DNA of 64,000 nucleotides, from positions 36,093 through 100,092 of the forward strand of contig RPGP01000029.1 in the NCBI GenBank assembly GCA_004193555.1, written 5' to 3'. Positions 59,444 to 64,000 of the stretch are shown here, piece after piece (position 1 is the stretch's first letter; each line of letters begins with the position of its first letter). Under the pieces are notes generated by a model, which saw nothing but the letters and a program-made list of their open reading frames with translations, was not told the origin of the DNA and made no database searches. Made by a program: the position numbers and the translations under genes. This stretch comes from Desulfobacteraceae bacterium Eth-SRB1. Lineage in GTDB: Bacteria > Desulfobacterota > Desulfobacteria > Desulfobacterales > ETH-SRB1.

Positions 59444-61315
59444 ATGCATTCATCTCAAGCCGATAACTTTAAAACAATCCTTTTGGTTTCAACGCCATGG
59501 CCCTTTTACAGCCGTCCGTCTATTCAGCTTGGCGCTTTAAAAGCCTATTTAAAATCCGAGTTTCCAGAATTGGGAATTATGGCCCTTCATCTTTACCTGA
59601 AGGTAGCTGAAAGTATCGGATACAGGCAATATCATGAGATTTCGGAAAGTACCTGGCCTGCGGAATCAATATATGCTGCACTGTTATTTCCGGAAAGAAT
59701 TAATGAGATTAAGAAGGTTTTTTACCGTGAAGCCAGGGGTAACGCTTTGCTTAAAAAGGTGGATTTCAGCGCTCTCACAGGCAGGGTAAAGGAAGTATCA
59801 GAAGAAATTATCAGCAGAGTGGACTGGGGAAAATGCGGTCTTGTGGGCTTTTCTATCTGTCTTTGCCAGCTCTCTTCTTCTCTTTATTTTATCAGAAGGA
59901 TAAAAGAGATTATTCCGGATCTTCCTATAGTGGTGGGCGGTTCTATGTTTGCTGGAGAGAATACCCGTGATTTGCTGAAGACATTCAGCGAAATAGATTT
60001 TGTGGTCAATGGGGAAGGGGAGCTTCCCCTCAGCGAACTGGTTTGTCATTTAAAAAATTCCGGCAATCCCGGCGAAATACCTCCTATACCAGGAGTTGTC
60101 GCAAGGAATGGATCTAATGCCGATCATGCTGTTTCCTTTCATCAGATGCGGGATTTAAGTAAACTTCCACCACCTGACTATGATGATTATTTTTATTTAA
60201 TGAAAACTTTTTCCAGGGAAAAGATTTTTTTCCCGACCCTTTCCACTGAGTCTTCCAGGGGGTGCTGGTGGAATTCTCCGAAAAAATCCGGGAAACGGAC
60301 GGGCTGTGCATTCTGCAATCTTAATCTGCAGTGGGATGGATACAGGACCAAGACTGTAAGCCAGGTGGTTTCGGAGATAGATTTACTGACAAGCAAATAC
60401 AAAATACTTTCCGTTGTCTTTACGGATAATCTGCTTCCGATTCGGGAGAGCGCTGAGATTTTTCCCATGCTTGATAAACTTGGTAAAGATCTGCGCCTTT
60501 TTGCGGAAATTCGGGCAGATACGCCCGTAAGCATTTTAAAAGCCATGCGTATTGGCGGGGTGTGTGAAGTACAGATAGGTATTGAGGCGTTAAGTTCGAG
60601 GTTGCTTAAAAAGTTAAACAAAGGAACAACCGCTATTTGCAATCTGGAGATCATGAAAAATTGTGAAGAGTTAGGCATTTTAAATGTTTCGAACCTTATT
60701 TTTTGTTTTCCGGGGAGCGATACGGCAGATGTGGAGGAAACTTTGCATACCCTGGAATTTGCCACCTTTTATCGTCCATTGCGGGCCGTATATTTTTGGC
60801 TTGGACTTGGAAGCCCGGTCTGGCAGAATCGTAAATCGTCCGGTCTGACAGCGGTTTTTAACCATCCCAACTATGAAGCATTGTTTCCTCCTGATATTTT
60901 CCGGTCGATCCTTTTCATGATACAGTCTTACAGGGGGGACAGGGAATATCAGAATAAGCTGTGGCGGCCGGTAAAGAAAAAAGTGAAAGCATGGAACAGG
61001 TTATATAATGAACTAAATAGCGGATTTTCATCTTCTCCCATTCTTAGTTTTAGAGATGGGCGTGATTTTTTGATTGTCCGCCAGAAACGGATTGGAGGAG
61101 ATCCCCTGACACATCGAATTGTGGGTATCTACAGGGACATTTATCTTTTTTGCTGTAAGCAGCGTTCGTTAAAACGTATCATCGCAACTTTTCCGCAGTT
61201 GAAGGAAGATAAGATTATAAAATTTTTGAAGGCGATGGTGGATAAAAGATTAATCTTTGAAGAAAATGACAGATATCTCAGCCTGGCAATCAGGTTGAAG
61301 AGTAAAGAGAAATAA
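59444..61315 (+). CDS. RiPP-maturation-type B12/radical SAM protein (TIGR03975-like)
   Basis: PSIQLGALKA, SRGCWW...CAFC, VQIGIEALS, K.C.E.GI. Confidence 0.85.
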   Translation: MHSSQADNFKTILLVSTPWPFYSRPSIQLGALKAYLKSEFPELGIMALHLYLKVAESIGYRQYHEISESTWPAESIYAALLFPERINEIKKVFYREARGNALLKKVDFSALTGRVKEVSEEIISRVDWGKCGLVGFSICLCQLSSSLYFIRRIKEIIPDLPIVVGGSMFAGENTRDLLKTFSEIDFVVNGEGELPLSELVCHLKNSGNPGEIPPIPGVVARNGSNADHAVSFHQMRDLSKLPPPDYDDYFYLMKTFSREKIFFPTLSTESSRGCWWNSPKKSGKRTGCAFCNLNLQWDGYRTKTVSQVVSEIDLLTSKYKILSVVFTDNLLPIRESAEIFPMLDKLGKDLRLFAEIRADTPVSILKAMRIGGVCEVQIGIEALSSRLLKKLNKGTTAICNLEIMKNCEELGILNVSNLIFCFPGSDTADVEETLHTLEFATFYRPLRAVYFWLGLGSPVWQNRKSSGLTAVFNHPNYEALFPPDIFRSILFMIQSYRGDREYQNKLWRPVKKKVKAWNRLYNELNSGFSSSPILSFRDGRDFLIVRQKRIGGDPLTHRIVGIYRDIYLFCCKQRSLKRIIATFPQLKEDKIIKFLKAMVDKRLIFEENDRYLSLAIRLKSKEK

Positions 61316-61316
61316 T

Positions 61317-62795
61317 ATGCCAAAAAATGTTAATGCCGAGATAAGCGATTTGCAGCGTGATCTTTACGGCCTGCTGGAAAAAAATCCGGGAGAAGCAGTT
61401 ACTGCTGCCAGAAACTTAATTCCAACCGGGTTGCTTGGAAAAGACTTGATTGACAACTTAAAGGCTTGTGTTTTAGTTGATGCCGGAAAGGCAGGAAAAG
61501 ATAAAGAGGCAGTAGAAGATGGCGTTAAAATATTTCGAAAGATATTTCATAATAATCCGGAGCGGCCTGATATCAGGTATAATCTGGCTAATGGGCTTTT
61601 TGGTCTTTCGGAAATGGAAGATGTTTCTGATGGCGTCTGGCATCTCAATACATGGGAGATGCGCAGGGAAGCCAGGCGGTTTTATGAATTTACAACACGT
61701 AATTCAAAAGATCCCAATCTGGCTACACAGGCGCTGACAAATGTTGGAAATTTACTCTGGCGATCCTATCGTTGGGTGGAAGCTTATGATTCGTATATAG
61801 AGGCGCTGAATCATGATCCGTCAAACGGCATTGCGGCCGCACGTGCAGCACAATTACTTCTTTACTATGCCGATATAGGTATCGGCGACCCGGAAGTTTT
61901 AAAAGGGGTTGCATTGCGTCACATACATATATTTAAAGATTCTTCTGAAAATATATTGAAGTATGGAGGCAGACACGCACTTGAGTCGTTGTCGAAACTT
62001 CTTGAATCAGGGGCAGCCAAAAAACCAGACCGTGAACCGGCAAATTTAAACCGTTATGAAAGTTTTGTTGCAAAGAACAGGCTTGCCCTTTCAGCTACCA
62101 TTGAAGGATTGGACAGATCTGCGTTATATTGGGATTCGCTTATTATCAGCAGCATAAACAAGCCTGTTAATATTAAATCAGGTGTTTCGCCTGTTATCGC
62201 CATGTTTAATATCATGAAAGCAGATTACCTGTTGGCTCGACGGTTGGCTTATTATGCTTTTAAGGGCAGATTTCCGGAAAGCGGCAATTATTACGACACC
62301 CTTGATAATGCGAATTATGGAATGGATTCGTCGCTTATAACACTGGCGCAACGCGCCTGTTTTGATATCCTGGACAAAGTGGCGATTGCCGCCGCCGAAT
62401 ATCTTGGCATTAAGGATTTGCCTAAATCAGTTCATTTCGGCAATATATGGCATAAGAAGTCAAGGAAGACTGAAGTGCGGTTCGAATGGCGACCGGAGAT
62501 ATTGGCTGAGGTAGAAAAAGGCAATTCAGCCATAATTGCTCTTGCGGAGCTTTCCGAGGATCTCAGGGGCAGGGGTTACCTGAAAGTCAAAAAATCGCTC
62601 AGGAATGCGGCCACCCACCGTTTTGTCGTGCTTCATAAAACGAGCGTTGAAAAAGTGCGTAAGAATAAATACATTGATCACTACACGCTGGATACAATTC
62701 GCAGCGAGTCGATTTCCACCTTAAAAATGGTGCGTTCCACACTATTATATTTTGTTGAAATGATCGCTATACATGAGGCGCAGATTAAAGACTAA
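61317..62795 (+). CDS. TPR plus HEPN domain protein (LA2681-like)
   Basis: TPR-like repeats (YNLANG, LTNVGN..W); FDILDKVA; HEPN motif RNAATH. Confidence 0.8.
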   Translation: MPKNVNAEISDLQRDLYGLLEKNPGEAVTAARNLIPTGLLGKDLIDNLKACVLVDAGKAGKDKEAVEDGVKIFRKIFHNNPERPDIRYNLANGLFGLSEMEDVSDGVWHLNTWEMRREARRFYEFTTRNSKDPNLATQALTNVGNLLWRSYRWVEAYDSYIEALNHDPSNGIAAARAAQLLLYYADIGIGDPEVLKGVALRHIHIFKDSSENILKYGGRHALESLSKLLESGAAKKPDREPANLNRYESFVAKNRLALSATIEGLDRSALYWDSLIISSINKPVNIKSGVSPVIAMFNIMKADYLLARRLAYYAFKGRFPESGNYYDTLDNANYGMDSSLITLAQRACFDILDKVAIAAAEYLGIKDLPKSVHFGNIWHKKSRKTEVRFEWRPEILAEVEKGNSAIIALAELSEDLRGRGYLKVKKSLRNAATHRFVVLHKTSVEKVRKNKYIDHYTLDTIRSESISTLKMVRSTLLYFVEMIAIHEAQIKD

Positions 62796-62834
62796 TCTGT
62801 CTCAGGAGCGCTTTTCCGATATGGCAGTCAATCA

Positions 62835-63332
62835 TCATTTGTGCCGGAGAATACGTTTTTTCAGGCGTTCGGCTATTTTATCGCTCCTGTAAGACACAAC
62901 GGTAACCGGCGATTTACGGAAAATCTTTTCTGCTACTGATCCGATAAGAATATGTACAAGATCTGTGCGTCCCTTGGGTCCCATTACTATCATATCGACC
63001 TCTTCTTCAACAGTGAGCTTCAATAATTCATCAATAGGATTGCCGACCCTGAAAACAGTTTTAATCCTTTCAATTGGAAAGGATGTATCCTTGATGTACT
63101 GATTAAGAAGCTCCTTGCGCTCATTTTCTATTTCTTCAATATAATGATTGCCATCGACTTCATAACCCATTGATACAACCTTTTCCACCGCTTCAAGATC
63201 CCGCTTATTAATTATGTTTGCCAGGATCAGTTCCGAATTTGCGCAGGTTGCAAGTTTTGCCGCATAGGTAAATATTCCTTTTGAGTATTCTGAAAAAGCT
63301 AAAGCCACCATGATTTTATTGATTTCTTGCAT
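62835..63332 (-). CDS. Universal stress protein
   Basis: KIMVALAFS, DMIVMG..GR, IGSVAEKI. Confidence 0.92.
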   Translation of the reverse strand: MQEINKIMVALAFSEYSKGIFTYAAKLATCANSELILANIINKRDLEAVEKVVSMGYEVDGNHYIEEIENERKELLNQYIKDTSFPIERIKTVFRVGNPIDELLKLTVEEEVDMIVMGPKGRTDLVHILIGSVAEKIFRKSPVTVVSYRSDKIAERLKKRILRHK

Positions 63333-63342
63333 GATATTTTCC

Positions 63343-63999
63343 TCATATTTTTGGAATTCTGGGTTTTTGCATCAGGTAAAGAAAACCATAAACGGCAAGC
63401 CCTATAGGATACGCCCAGTAACGCTGGTTGTGAGCTATGCCGAGCCATGCGGAGACCTGATCAGGCCGCATAAGTATAAAGGTTACACATAGAAAAAGAG
63501 GCGCTTCATAGAACCTGTTTTTTGCCACAAACCAGCCCTGAGTGGCCGAGGCAAACGCACAATTACCAATGCATGCCATGAGAAAGATAAGAACTCCCTG
63601 TGGCCAGTTGTTGATGTTGTGGAGTATCAGGTCAGAGTTGAATATAAACATAAACGGCAGGATTGCCGTGCGGATATCGTACATAAATCCCTGCAGGCCG
63701 GTGGGGATAGGGGGCGCTTTGGCAATGGCTGCCGCTGCATAGGCAGCCAGCCCGACAGGCGGAGTGTCGTCGGCAAGGATTCCAAAATAGAAACAGAAGA
63801 GATGTGCCGACATCAGGGGGACAAAAAAATCCTGGGCCCCGGCAATGGTGACAATGGCGGGAGCTGTCAGAGAAGCCATGACAATATATGTGGCTGTAGT
63901 GGGAAGACCCATGCCGATTATAAGGCTTGCAAGAGCGGTGATGACAAGCATGAGATAGATGTTGCCCATGGAAATTGTATCGATAATCTCGGTGATGAG
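63343..63999 (-). CDS. TRAP transporter 4TM/12TM fusion permease, C-terminal part (runs off the window)
   Basis: GMGLPTTATY, HLFCFYFG...DDTPPVGLAAY. Confidence 0.92.
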   Translation of the reverse strand, partial: LITEIIDTISMGNIYLMLVITALASLIIGMGLPTTATYIVMASLTAPAIVTIAGAQDFFVPLMSAHLFCFYFGILADDTPPVGLAAYAAAAIAKAPPIPTGLQGFMYDIRTAILPFMFIFNSDLILHNINNWPQGVLIFLMACIGNCAFASATQGWFVAKNRFYEAPLFLCVTFILMRPDQVSAWLGIAHNQRYWAYPIGLAVYGFLYLMQKPRIPKI

Positions 64000-64000
64000 T

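Noticed and set aside
604-63742. Numerous 60-220 aa ORFs antisense to or nested in recognised genes (e.g. 3721-4257, 58103-58765, 60193-60765)
   Set aside because: Shadow frames of well-supported genes with no motifs or RBS

Overview
Chromosomal window from a sulfate-reducing deltaproteobacterium (Desulfobacterales-like; inferred from qrcABCD and gene style). 1-36.3 kb is housekeeping: cytochrome c biogenesis, qrcABCD plus a small unannotated membrane ORF, murA, comEC, cvpA, phoH-HD-ybeY-pdxJ-nnr-tsaE-lysC, tol-pal, ruvCAB, and a Helicobacter-like Csd6/Csd4/bactofilin cell-shape cluster. Many spacers are filled with palindromic MITE/REP-like repeats. 36.4-50.8 kb is a decayed chromosomal integron: intI with an in-frame stop, attI, three attC sites, a restriction-modification cassette, IS21, IS3, a TIR-bounded Y1/RAYT element, two group II intron halves, higBA and hicAB. 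Inside it, 39.6-48.4 kb is a patchwork pseudo-palindrome: three independent inverted duplications share one symmetry axis at about 44,025. Each seems to replace a missing piece of a mobile element, which most likely reflects a long-read assembly or consensus artefact, or mixed inversion haplotypes. 51-64 kb holds a peptide ABC transporter, larE-like, mscS, a RiPP-type radical SAM gene coupled to a TPR-HEPN gene, usp and a TRAP transporter. No rRNA, tRNA or CRISPR array was seen. All family assignments come from motif recognition by eye, not from database searches.
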